NCBI GenBank assembly: GCA_964413275.1 | Contig: CAYPSO010000008.1 | Span: 4,565-68,564 of the forward strand | Origin: an uncultured bacterium | GTDB lineage: Bacteria; Cyanobacteriota; Cyanobacteriia; Cyanobacteriales; JAABRE01 | DNA length: 64,000 nt | Direction: 5' to 3' | Shown here: in pieces, positions 20,272 to 29,435 of the stretch | Layout of the letters: each line of letters begins with the position of its first letter | How positions within the stretch are numbered: the stretch's first letter is position 1 | Made by a program: the position numbers and the translations under genes | Notes under the pieces: generated by a model | Databases searched by the model: none | Seen by the model: only the letters and a program-made list of their open reading frames with translations | Told to the model about the DNA's origin: nothing

Positions 20272-20290
20272 AGCAGGCAAAATGCCTGCT
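20272..20290. terminator. palindrome AGCAGGCAAAATGCCTGCT
   Basis: 8-bp stem. The same palindrome occurs after murE at 46605..46623. Confidence 0.4.
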
Positions 20291-20385
20291 ATTACAGCCG
20301 TTTTCAAATGAATTGAGGGACTTTGACTCAATTGTCCCTGAAAATTGGGGTCTAGGGGAGCGAAAACTGCTATTGTCCTAATTAT

Positions 20386-20589
20386 TTACTTCTGATCTGA
20401 ATCTTCGTCAGCATTAACTTTAGGAATATAATCAGGACGTTCTTGATTTTCCCAGCCAGCAGGACGTTTTGAGTTATACCAAGCAATAGAACCAAGGGTA
20501 ATAGCTGCAATAAAACCAACCACATAAACAGCAGTAAAATAAACAGGAAAACCAGCACCTTGTGCAGATGCTTCCATAATTAAGTACAT
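20386..20589 (-). CDS. small single-pass membrane protein, function unknown
   Basis: 67 aa; helix VYFTAVYVVGFIAAITLGSIAWY followed by an acidic tail. Confidence 0.5.
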   Translation of the reverse strand: MYLIMEASAQGAGFPVYFTAVYVVGFIAAITLGSIAWYNSKRPAGWENQERPDYIPKVNADEDSDQK

Positions 20590-20654
20590 AATAATTAAAC
20601 TCCGTATTTAAAAATTGATAATTTGGATAGTAAGCTTCTACACAAAAAATTGTA

Positions 20655-21362
20655 TCAAAGTTTGGACTTACTCTTTTTTTTTGGAAATTTAGGGATTTTT
20701 ATTTGACCTTGAGCTTCACAGCCAAAACCTTCCTTATACCAGAAATTCAAATCTACATCAACTAATTTAGTAACATCACCACATTTGGGGGAAATTATTT
20801 GACTTAAAGGAGCCCATAATACACTTCTAGTAACATCTAGCCAAGTTTTAAGAGCAAATTCTCGATTGCCCGGTGTGCCTGTTTCAGGAACTATTTCCAC
20901 TTCTACAGCGATACCATTGAAACTTAAAATAGCTTGAGCCATCCATTTTGCCCTTGGTAAATGACTTGCAGAAGTAATTAATTTCACCTTGTGTATTTCC
21001 CATTGACGTAGAATCGGAACACCAAAATAAAAATTACCAAAAGTGTTTTGACCACATTTTTCTAGCCAAACTCGATCTAAAGGTACTTGAGTCCGTTGAA
21101 AAATTAAAAGAATACAGGGATCTTTAGAGCCTTGAGAAATTAAAATAGGCATATCAGGGTTATTTTGTCTTAATTCGGCTACATATATTTCCCTTTTAAT
21201 CGAACCTCCCAATACCCAAAAAGCCTCGACAGGATAAGATTGAGCATTTTGTAAACGAGAATAATTCCATCCTAACCAAGTAAAAATAATAGTAAGTAGA
21301 AAAGAAATAATAACTATTATTCTGAAACGCCATTTATACCAATTAAATTTATTTAAACCCAT
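20655..21362 (-). CDS. DUF218/YdcF-family protein with N-terminal membrane anchor
   Basis: 235 aa; anchor IIVIISFLLTIIFTWLGW, then FWVLGGSIKREIY and LITSASHLPRA blocks. Confidence 0.6.
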   Translation of the reverse strand: MGLNKFNWYKWRFRIIVIISFLLTIIFTWLGWNYSRLQNAQSYPVEAFWVLGGSIKREIYVAELRQNNPDMPILISQGSKDPCILLIFQRTQVPLDRVWLEKCGQNTFGNFYFGVPILRQWEIHKVKLITSASHLPRAKWMAQAILSFNGIAVEVEIVPETGTPGNREFALKTWLDVTRSVLWAPLSQIISPKCGDVTKLVDVDLNFWYKEGFGCEAQGQIKIPKFPKKKSKSKL

Positions 21363-21515
21363 CTTTTTTTGTCTTTGTGAACAGAAAAACTCTCAATTTT
21401 AGAAATTTATTGAGAGTTATAGCGGATTGATTTTGATATGAATTATCGTGAATACTTTACTTGCTATAACCTATCATAGTATTTTGAGACATCTTAGAGC
21501 AAAGGATAATCAGCA

Positions 21516-22373
21516 ATGGATGCGGGTGAATTAATAGAAAAATATGCAGCAGGAGAACGAGATTTTAGAAATGTTGAGTTAAAAGGTGTTTTTCTAGGGG
21601 GAGTATGTTTAGATGGAGCTAACTTTAAAGGTAGTAATTTCACTGGAGCTAATTTAACAGGAGCTTCTTTTGTAAGAGCTAATTTAAGGGAAGCTAATCT
21701 AAGTCATGCTAACTTAGAGGCAGATTTAACTCAGGCTAATCTAATCACAGCTAATTTAACCGAAGCAACTCTGACTAATGCTCAATTGTCTGACGCTTGT
21801 TTAAGGGGAGCTAATTTAGCCAAAGCTAATTTAATAGCTGCGAATTTAACTAATGGGATTCTTAATGAAACCAATTTAAAACAAGCTAACTTAACTAGAG
21901 CTAATTTGAGTCATTGTAGTTTAGCTAGGGCTAATTTAACCGAAGCAAATTTAATGGAAGCTAATTTACAAAATGCTAATTTAACTAATACGGTATTAAT
22001 TGAAGCAAATTTAGAAAGAGCTAATTTGGCACAGGCAATGTTGAATGGCGTTAATGGCATGAAAATTAATGGGAGTAAAGTGAATTTAACTCTAGCTAAT
22101 ATGAATGGTTCTAATTTCAGTCAAAGTAAATTTAAAGGTGCTAATTTAAGGAGTGCTAGTATTACTTGGACTAGCTTAAGGGGATGTGATTTGAGTGATG
22201 CAATTTTATATCGGGCTAAATTATGTTGGTCTAATTTAAGTGCTGCTAACTTGACTGGTACTGTTTTTACCGGTGCAAATCTCGATGATGTTAATTTTCT
22301 TCATGCTAATTTAAACGGAACTGTTTTTCCCACTGATAAAGAAGCACGGGGGCGAGAAAACAAACAACAATAG
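21516..22373 (+). CDS. pentapeptide-repeat protein
   Basis: 285 aa with dozens of A(N/D)L(S/T/R)x units (ANLTGASFVRANLREANLSHANL...). Confidence 0.9.
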   Translation: MDAGELIEKYAAGERDFRNVELKGVFLGGVCLDGANFKGSNFTGANLTGASFVRANLREANLSHANLEADLTQANLITANLTEATLTNAQLSDACLRGANLAKANLIAANLTNGILNETNLKQANLTRANLSHCSLARANLTEANLMEANLQNANLTNTVLIEANLERANLAQAMLNGVNGMKINGSKVNLTLANMNGSNFSQSKFKGANLRSASITWTSLRGCDLSDAILYRAKLCWSNLSAANLTGTVFTGANLDDVNFLHANLNGTVFPTDKEARGRENKQQ

Positions 22374-22445
22374 TAACTATTAAGCGATAAGTGTTAACTG
22401 AATGTGGCAAAATTGAAAAGTTATTAAAGTTTATAATAATCTCAG

Positions 22446-23516
22446 ATGACTGTAACACTTCAAGCTCCTCCCAAAACTCGTCGTTTAGTTTTTCCTTTTA
22501 CCGCAATTGTCGGGCAAGAGGAAATGAAATTATCTTTATTGCTCAATGTAATCGACCCTAAAATAGGTGGGGTAATGATTATGGGCGATCGCGGTACGGG
22601 TAAATCCACGACAATTCGTGCTTTAGCGGATTTATTACCAGAAATTGAAATAGTAGCAAACGATCCTTTTAGTAGTCATCCCTCAGATTTAGATTTGATG
22701 AGTGATGAAATCAAAGAAAAGATAGAACAGCAAATTCCTTTAGAAATAACCCATAAAAAGGTACAAATGGTTGACCTGCCTTTAGGGGCGACTGAGGATC
22801 GAGTTTGTGGCACCATTGACATCGAAAAAGCTCTTTCTGAAGGTGTCAAAGCTTTTGAACCCGGATTACTTGCTAAAGCTAACCGAGGTATCCTCTATGT
22901 AGATGAGGTTAACTTACTTGACGATCATTTAGTTGATGTTCTCCTTGATTCAGCCGCTAGTGGTTGGAATACTGTGGAAAGGGAAGGTATTTCCATTCGT
23001 CACCCTGCTCGTTTTGTTTTAGTTGGCTCTGGCAACCCCGAAGAAGGAGAATTACGTCCTCAATTATTAGATCGTTTTGGGATGCACGCTGAAATTCACA
23101 CAGTTAAAGAACCAGATTTACGGGTTCAAATTGTGGAACAAAGATCGGAATTTGATCGAAATCCCTCTGAATTTACTCAGAAATATCAAGAGCAACAGGA
23201 AGCTCTACAGGAAAAAATTGTTAAAGCACAACAACTTTTACCCAGCGTTAACATTGATTATGAGTATCGAGTAAAAATTTCTGAAGTTTGCTCTGAATTG
23301 GATGTGGATGGTTTGCGAGGTGACATTGTTACTAATCGTGCAGCCAAAGCAATTGCGGCTTTTGAAGGTCGTACAGAGGTTACAGTGGATGATATTCGTC
23401 GGGTAATGACTTTATGTTTGCGTCATCGACTCCGTAAAGATCCCCTAGAATCCATTGATTCAGGTTATAAAGTACAAAAGGCCTTGGCTGGGGTTTTTGG
23501 TTTAGAGATTGAATAA
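22446..23516 (+). CDS. chlI: magnesium chelatase ATPase subunit I
   Basis: 356 aa. [13 protein letters not shown], Walker [10 protein letters not shown], Walker [16 protein letters not shown]. Confidence 0.95.
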   Translation: MTVTLQAPPKTRRLVFPFTAIVGQEEMKLSLLLNVIDPKIGGVMIMGDRGTGKSTTIRALADLLPEIEIVANDPFSSHPSDLDLMSDEIKEKIEQQIPLEITHKKVQMVDLPLGATEDRVCGTIDIEKALSEGVKAFEPGLLAKANRGILYVDEVNLLDDHLVDVLLDSAASGWNTVEREGISIRHPARFVLVGSGNPEEGELRPQLLDRFGMHAEIHTVKEPDLRVQIVEQRSEFDRNPSEFTQKYQEQQEALQEKIVKAQQLLPSVNIDYEYRVKISEVCSELDVDGLRGDIVTNRAAKAIAAFEGRTEVTVDDIRRVMTLCLRHRLRKDPLESIDSGYKVQKALAGVFGLEIE

Positions 23517-23520
23517 TTAA

Positions 23521-23563
23521 GTAATAAGTAATAAGTAACAAATAATATATTACCTATTACCTG
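23521..23563. repeat. heptanucleotide units GTAATAA x3 followed by TATTACC x2
   Basis: Direct reading in the chlI / ABC gene spacer. Confidence 0.7.
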
Positions 23564-23575
23564 CTGTTTTCTCCT

Positions 23576-24364
23576 ATGACAAAAAAAGAACCTTTGATAG
23601 AACTCAAAGAAATTTCTAAATCCTTTGGCAATCAGGTCATTTTGGATAATGTTAATTTAACTATTTATCAAGGGGAGGCTTTAGTAATCATTGGCCCTTC
23701 AGGAACGGGAAAATCTACGGTTTTACGTATTATTGCAGGTCTTCTCGCTCCTGATTCTGGTCAAGTCTATATTAAAGGAGAGCCAAGACAAGGCTTAATT
23801 GAGGATGGTAACGATTCTATTAGTATTGGTATGGTCTTTCAACAAGCAGCTTTATTTGATTCTTTGACAGTAGGAGAAAATGTGGGCTTTTCTCTCTATC
23901 AACACTCTCGTTTATCTCGTCGTCGCATTAGAGAATTAGTGGAGGAAAAATTGGAGATGGTAGGACTCGGAGGAGTGAGCGAGCGTTATCCTGCTCAATT
24001 ATCAGGGGGAATGCGTAAAAGAGTCAGTTTTGCTAGGGCAATTATGGCTAATCCTGACGATCCTGCCAGCAATCCTGAAGTTATTTTATATGATGAGCCA
24101 ACAGCAGGTTTAGATCCCATTGCCTCAACAGTGATTGAAGATTTGGTCAGAAGATTACAACATTCCCAAAAAGTTTGCGGTACTTATGTGATGGTATCTC
24201 ACCAAGATAGCACCATTCGCCGCACAGCCGACCGTGTAGTCTTTCTTTATGGAGGTAAAGTGCAGTGGCAAGGAAATGTCACAGAAATTGATGCTACGGA
24301 TAATCCTTTAGTTAGACAGTTTTTTAGTGCCAGTATTTCTGGGCCGATCCGAGTCATTGACTAA
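23576..24364 (+). CDS. ABC transporter ATP-binding protein, MlaF/TGD3-like
   Basis: 262 aa; GPSGTGKST, LSGGMRKR, ILYDEPTAGLDP. Confidence 0.85.
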   Translation: MTKKEPLIELKEISKSFGNQVILDNVNLTIYQGEALVIIGPSGTGKSTVLRIIAGLLAPDSGQVYIKGEPRQGLIEDGNDSISIGMVFQQAALFDSLTVGENVGFSLYQHSRLSRRRIRELVEEKLEMVGLGGVSERYPAQLSGGMRKRVSFARAIMANPDDPASNPEVILYDEPTAGLDPIASTVIEDLVRRLQHSQKVCGTYVMVSHQDSTIRRTADRVVFLYGGKVQWQGNVTEIDATDNPLVRQFFSASISGPIRVID

Positions 24365-24399
24365 TTGTTACAATCAATAATTAAGATAAGGAGGAAAAA

Positions 24400-25692
24400 A
24401 TGCGATCGCGAATGGTAAGAGAAGGCTCTGTGGGCTTATTTATCATTTTTGGAGTCGCCGTTTTTGCCGGCTTAAGCGTCTGGTTAAAAGGTTTAGAATT
24501 AGCTCAAAATGCCTATAGCTTTCAAGTCAAGTTTACCAATGCTAATGGCATGAAAAGAGGTGCTCCCGTGCGTTATCGTGGTTTCGAGGTGGGCAAAATA
24601 ATTGCCGTTGAACCAGCAGCCAATCAAGTTGACGTTACCGTAGAGATTACCGCTCCAGATTTACGCATACCCCAAGATGCACTGATAGAAGCTAATCAAG
24701 CGGGATTTATTGGGGAAACCTCCATTGATATTAGTCCAAAAACAGCTTTAAGCAGTAACGCACAAAACTTCGATCCTAAAAATGAGAGTTGTGATTCTAC
24801 TGTAATTATTTGTGCTAACGATCGTCTCACAGGGGAAATTGGGGTCAGTTTTGATACTTTAATGCGTAGTACCGCTAAATTGACCGATCTTTATACAGAT
24901 CCCACCTTTTTTAAAAATCTCAATTCCACTGCTCAAAATGCTGGTTTAGCGGCGGGGGAAATAGCCAATCTTAGTCGAGAATTAACTCTGTTATCTCAAT
25001 CTGTACGGGCAGAAGTTAAAAACTTTTCCAGTGCTGCCACTTCTGTCACCGAAGCTGCGGAAAAAACATCAAATCAACTCACAGAAACAGCTCTTAAAAT
25101 TGAGAATAATATAGACAAATTTGGTGATACTGCCACACAATTGAGTAATACTGCCGCCCAATTTGGCAAAACGGCTGATGAGGTTAGTAATTTAGCCAAT
25201 AATGTGAATGGTTTAGTAGCAGAAAATCGCAGTCAGATTCAAACTACTCTGACTAATTTGAGTGATACCAGCGAAAAATTACAAACTCTGTTGGTTACTT
25301 CTGAGGAAACAATGAGCAAAGTTAATGGGACTTTGGATCAAGTTAATTTAGAAAAAACCGTTGCCAACTTAGAAGTATTAACAGCAAATGCTGCCGAGGC
25401 TTCAGTTAATCTTAAAGATATTTCTCAAAGTTTGAACGATCCCAATAACGTGGTTTTATTACAACAGACTTTAGATGCTGCCAGAGTTACCTTTGAAAAT
25501 GCCCAAAAAATAACTTCGGATTTAGATGAACTTACAGGAGATCCTACTTTTCGTCATAACTTAATTAACCTAGTTAATGGACTTAGTAATTTAGTTTCTT
25601 CCACAGAAAATTTAGAAACACAAATCGAAACTGCTCAAGTTTTAGAATTATTCATTGCTCAACAAAAAAATATTAAAAAACCTGAAAAATAG
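24400..25692 (+). CDS. MCE/MlaD-family substrate-binding protein with long helical C-terminal extension
   Basis: 430 aa. N-terminal helix VGLFIIFGVAVFAGLSVWL. MCE core (VKFTNANGMKRGAPVRYRGFEVGKI). About 250 aa of Ala/Thr/Asn/Glu-rich repeats. Confidence 0.75.
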   Translation: MRSRMVREGSVGLFIIFGVAVFAGLSVWLKGLELAQNAYSFQVKFTNANGMKRGAPVRYRGFEVGKIIAVEPAANQVDVTVEITAPDLRIPQDALIEANQAGFIGETSIDISPKTALSSNAQNFDPKNESCDSTVIICANDRLTGEIGVSFDTLMRSTAKLTDLYTDPTFFKNLNSTAQNAGLAAGEIANLSRELTLLSQSVRAEVKNFSSAATSVTEAAEKTSNQLTETALKIENNIDKFGDTATQLSNTAAQFGKTADEVSNLANNVNGLVAENRSQIQTTLTNLSDTSEKLQTLLVTSEETMSKVNGTLDQVNLEKTVANLEVLTANAAEASVNLKDISQSLNDPNNVVLLQQTLDAARVTFENAQKITSDLDELTGDPTFRHNLINLVNGLSNLVSSTENLETQIETAQVLELFIAQQKNIKKPEK

Positions 25693-26420
25693 TGACTATT
25701 GTCTTAGAAAATATTCATAAATCTTACGGTAAGAGATTAGTAGTTAATCGAGTTAATCTGCAAGTTTCCCAAGGTGAAATTGTTGGATTATTGGGGCCTA
25801 ATGGAGCGGGAAAAACTACTACTTTTTATATGACCACAGGATTAATTAAACCTGATGAGGGGAAAGTATGGCTCAATGGTTTTAATATTACTAAATTTAC
25901 TATTGATAAAAGAGCTATTCTAGGACTGGGCTATCTTGCTCAACAACCCAGTATTTTTCGCCGTCTTACAGTTACAGAAAATATCCAATTAGTATTAGAA
26001 CAAAATCCAATTCCTACTATTCAAAAAAGAAAACGTTTGCATTATTTATTAGAAGAATTTAGATTAGAAAAAGTTGCTAATACTTTAGGTGCTTATGTTT
26101 CTGGAGGGGAAAGAAGACGGACAGAATTAGCTAGAGCTTTAGCTGTAGGGGAAAACGGGCCACAATTTTTATTATTAGATGAACCTTTTGCGGGAGTCGA
26201 TCCTATTGCTGTGTCGGAAATTCAAAAAATTATTGCTCAATTACGTCAGCGTAACATGGGTATTTTAATTACCGATCATAATGTTAGAGAAACTTTAGCT
26301 ATTACAGATCGAGCCTATATTATGAGAGAAGGAGAAATTCTTGCGAATGGAACAACCGAGGAACTTTATAATAATTCTTTAGTCAGACAATATTATTTAG
26401 GCGATCAATTTAAAATTTAA
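25692..26420 (+). CDS. lptB: LPS export ABC transporter ATP-binding protein LptB-like
   Basis: 242 aa. GTG start overlaps the upstream stop by 1 nt. GPNGAGKTT, VSGGERRR, LLLDEPFAGVDP. Confidence 0.8.
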   Translation: MTIVLENIHKSYGKRLVVNRVNLQVSQGEIVGLLGPNGAGKTTTFYMTTGLIKPDEGKVWLNGFNITKFTIDKRAILGLGYLAQQPSIFRRLTVTENIQLVLEQNPIPTIQKRKRLHYLLEEFRLEKVANTLGAYVSGGERRRTELARALAVGENGPQFLLLDEPFAGVDPIAVSEIQKIIAQLRQRNMGILITDHNVRETLAITDRAYIMREGEILANGTTEELYNNSLVRQYYLGDQFKI

Positions 26421-26433
26421 AGTAATTTTATTA

Positions 26434-26545
26434 AGCTGTTAGCTGTTAGCTGTTAGCTGTTAGCGATTAGCGATTAGCGATTAGCTGTTAGCCAAATACT
26501 GAATACTAACTACTAACTACTAACTATTAACTATTAACTATTAAT
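26434..26545. repeat. 16-unit phased heptanucleotide array (AGCTGTT x4, AGCGATT x3, AGCTGTT, AGCCAAA, TACTGAA, TACTAAC x3, TATTAAC x2, TATTAAT)
   Basis: Unbroken 7-nt phase over 112 nt fills the lptB / lptFG spacer. The last unit contains the first two bases of the ATG at 26544. Confidence 0.9.
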
Positions 26546-27701
26546 GATAAATAACAAACTAAATATTTTTAATATAGGAATATCCTTAATGGATCGCTAC
26601 ATTTTGAGTGAATTAACTGTACCACTTATTTTTGGTATTGGTTTATTTACTTCATTAGGAGTATCCATAGGAACATTATTTGATTTGGTACGCAGGGTTA
26701 CAGAATCAGGACTCTTACTAGATGTAGCAGTAAAAGTTTTAATCTTAAAGATGCCAGAATTTATTGTTTTTGCTTTTCCTATGTCAGTTTTACTCGCTTG
26801 TTTAATGGCTTATAGTCGGCTTTCTAGTGATAGTGAAATTATTGCTTTACGTAGTATTGGAATTAATGTTTATCGGTTAATAGTACCCGCCATAATTTTG
26901 AGCTTATTAATGACTGGATTAACTTTTGTATTTAATGATTTTGTCAGTCCAAAAGCTAATAATCAAGCAACAATTATTTTAAAAGAAGCTTTAAAAAATG
27001 AAACCAGTAAATTTAAACAAGAAAATATTATTTATACTCAATATGGGGATGTTCCATTAAAAAACGGTCAATCTAAATATTCATTAACTAGATTATTTTA
27101 TGCAGAAGAATTTGACGGACAAGAAATGAAAGGTTTAACAATTATAGACCGTTCTCAACCAAATCTTAATCAAATTATTCTTGCTGAATCAGCTACTTGG
27201 AATATTCTTGATAATCGTTGGGATTTTTATAATGGCACAATTTATTTATTAGCCCCAGACGGCTCTTATCGCAATATAGCTAGTTTTGAAAGTCAGCAAC
27301 TAGATTTACCTCGTACTCCCATTGATTTAGGTAAAAAATGTAAAGACTATAATGAAATGACAATTAGGGAATCATACGAATGTTTAGATACTTTGAAAAA
27401 TAGTGGAGATCAAAATAAAATTCGTAAATTAAATGTAAGAATACAAGAAAAATTTGCCCTTCCTTTTATCTGTTTAATCTTTGGGATTTTAGGGGCTGCT
27501 TTAGGCATTAATCCTCAAAATAAAGGCAAAGCTACAAGTTTTGGGATTTGTATATTAGTTGTTTTTTGTTATTATCTTTTAGCTTTTATTACTAGTGCTT
27601 TAGGAGTAAGTGGTGTTTTATCACCCCTAGTATCAGCTTGGACACCTAATTTATTAGGATTAGGAATAGGAGGATTATTATTAATTAAGTCAGCAGTGTA
27701 A
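26544..27701 (+). CDS. LptF/LptG-family (YjgP/YjgQ) permease
   Basis: 385 aa. Three TM helices, a large loop (residues about 130-300), then three more TM helices. Follows lptB. Confidence 0.75.
   Translation: MINNKLNIFNIGISLMDRYILSELTVPLIFGIGLFTSLGVSIGTLFDLVRRVTESGLLLDVAVKVLILKMPEFIVFAFPMSVLLACLMAYSRLSSDSEIIALRSIGINVYRLIVPAIILSLLMTGLTFVFNDFVSPKANNQATIILKEALKNETSKFKQENIIYTQYGDVPLKNGQSKYSLTRLFYAEEFDGQEMKGLTIIDRSQPNLNQIILAESATWNILDNRWDFYNGTIYLLAPDGSYRNIASFESQQLDLPRTPIDLGKKCKDYNEMTIRESYECLDTLKNSGDQNKIRKLNVRIQEKFALPFICLIFGILGAALGINPQNKGKATSFGICILVVFCYYLLAFITSALGVSGVLSPLVSAWTPNLLGLGIGGLLLIKSAV
27648..27690 (+). repeat. 43-bp direct repeat, copy 1 (3' end of the LptF/G gene)
   Basis: AATTTATTAGGATTAGGAATAGGAGGATTATTATTAATTAAGT matches 28132..28174 at 40 of 43 positions. 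Confidence 0.85.
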
Positions 27702-27713
27702 GCTGTCACACAC

Positions 27714-27741
27714 TTATAACTATTAACTATTAACTATTAGT
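27714..27741. repeat. heptanucleotide array (TTATAAC TATTAAC TATTAAC TATTAGT)
   Basis: Direct reading. Confidence 0.75.
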
Positions 27742-27778
27742 TTTCGATTATCTAAAATACTTTCTGATACCTCAATTC

Positions 27779-28045
27779 TTATAAAAGCGATCCCGCAGGG
27801 ATCTCGCAAAGCGAGTGCGCATCTTGATGATTTATATCTCTTAAAATGATTTCAAGAGTGCTAGGATCGGGAATTTCCTCACCGTCAGCGAGCATAAAAG
27901 CAATATGACCATTTAATGCTTCAGTTGCCATAATTTTTGCTTCTTCGATGGTTTCTCCTACACTAATACAGCCCGGAAAGTCATAGAATTACACACCATA
28001 ATCGCTATGATTATCTTTATGAACAGTGGCTAAATAGCTAATCAT
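27779..28045 (-). pseudogene. hicB: HicB-family antitoxin gene with in-frame TAA
   Basis: My translation is MISYLATVHKDNHSDYGV*FYDFPGCISVGETIEEAKIMATEALNGHIAFMLADGEEIPDPSTL... The stop codon is at 27989-27991. Not in the ORF track because it is split. Confidence 0.6.
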
Positions 28046-28131
28046 TGATTTCTCCTTTAATGTAATTTTATATTTGCTTGTTTTTCGATACTTATTATTT
28101 GTTATTTTATTTGATGCACTCTACGAAATGC

Positions 28132-28174
28132 AATTTATTAGGATTAGGAATAGGGTTATTATTATTAATTAAGT
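28132..28174 (+). repeat. 43-bp direct repeat, copy 2 (orphan copy of the LptF/G gene 3' end, ends in its own TAA)
   Basis: See 27648..27690. It would read NLLGLGIGLLLLIK-stop. Confidence 0.85.
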
Positions 28175-28190
28175 AAAAAAAGAAAAAATG

Positions 28191-28257
28191 GTAGGGTGGG
28201 CAAATATGTTTAAATACCTGATTAAAATAATTATGGTTAATAATTTGCCCACCCTAC
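28191..28257. mobile_element. MITE-like element, family A (GTAGGGTGGGCAAAT...ATTTGCCCACCCTAC)
   Basis: Near-perfect 15-bp terminal inverted repeats with an AT-rich interior. Confidence 0.7.
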
Positions 28258-28430
28258 ACCGATTAATTTTACTTTTATGATGTTTCACACACAAAGAAAA
28301 TTTGCTTAGTTATTAGTTATTTGTTATTTCATTTGACGTATTCTACAAGAAAGGGGATCGAGCTTGCTTGCGCTATTATGCGCTATTAATTTAATTTTTG
28401 AATGATCAACTCAAAAAAGAAAAAATGGTT

Positions 28431-28916
28431 TTAACAATTTCTTTCATTTAATATAAAATCCCTAACTTGTTCATGAAAAATGCGTTGACCATTTTTGAAA
28501 ACCGATAAAGAAGCCCAACCTTGAGTATTATCAGTAGGAGGCCATTCATATTGATATGCTATTTGATATGTATATTCGCCATTTCTGGCTTTTGCTATAG
28601 CAACATTATTTCCTCCGGTTTCGTCAATAATAGGTAAAATTATAGAAGAACCATTTTTTTTGTTTTCTCCTACATAATAGTGTTTAAGAGTGTTTAGATT
28701 TATGCCACAATTTTGTGAATCATCCAACTCTACATAGGCACAAACAGCCGCCTTAAAACTCTTGGTACTTAAATAAACAAGCGTATCTAAATTGCGATTT
28801 GAGCAAATAGTAGAATCTGCATTCCAAGTAATTTTTGAATCAGCAGAAGATTGAAAGTATAACCCTGACCATAAATTGATTATAAATATTAATAAAAATG
28901 CTCTAGTACGTTTCAT
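28431..28916 (-). CDS. small secreted/periplasmic protein, unknown function
   Basis: Likely start MKRTRAFLLIFIINLWSGLYFQSSA (signal-peptide-like). Several Cys residues; no family recognised. Confidence 0.4.
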   Translation of the reverse strand: MKRTRAFLLIFIINLWSGLYFQSSADSKITWNADSTICSNRNLDTLVYLSTKSFKAAVCAYVELDDSQNCGINLNTLKHYYVGENKKNGSSIILPIIDETGGNNVAIAKARNGEYTYQIAYQYEWPPTDNTQGWASLSVFKNGQRIFHEQVRDFILNERNC

Positions 28917-29435
28917 AATATTTTTAAGATTAACAGTAAAGAACATTTTACAAAGTATTATTACTATTGACAACAGTAATAATACTGAAATTGTTAGAAA
29001 ATTTCTGATTCTGTACTATCTCAATGCGGTATTGATTTAGCTTGATGCCAAAGGCACGCTGCGCGCCCGCCTTCTCGTAGTGGACTGACACAGCTAATTT
29101 GTTGCTTTAAATTTTTGGGTTGGCTACTAAGTTGATTTGATAAACCGCAGAGAGCGCAGAGCGGTTGAGAGATGCCGAGGAAGCCTCGGCATATCCAATC
29201 AACCAAGAGAGATTGGCCGGTTTGTGTCATGGATTAATGGTTAAGGAGAGAGTTTTTTAGAGAATTTGCTGGTTTGGTTTCCAATTCTATTGCCCTATTT
29301 TAGGTGAAACAGTCCACTAGAGTGCGAAGCATGAAATGTAACGCACCACCAAGATAAACGGGAACATCTCTTGGATAATCTCAAATTTTAAATATATTCG
29401 GCGCATTACTCTGACACAATACTTTTATTGTTGAA

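Noticed and set aside
26434-26545. Regular short repeats that could be mistaken for a CRISPR array
   Set aside because: The period is 7 nt with no spacers and no 25-40-nt repeat unit. No cas genes are nearby. This is a heptamer tandem array, not CRISPR.
29021-29230. 69-aa minus-strand ORF
   Set aside because: Its composition (Cys/Leu/Gln/Ser-rich, no motif) and its coincidence with a GC-rich hairpin cluster argue for non-coding sequence. It is reported as a structural oddity instead.
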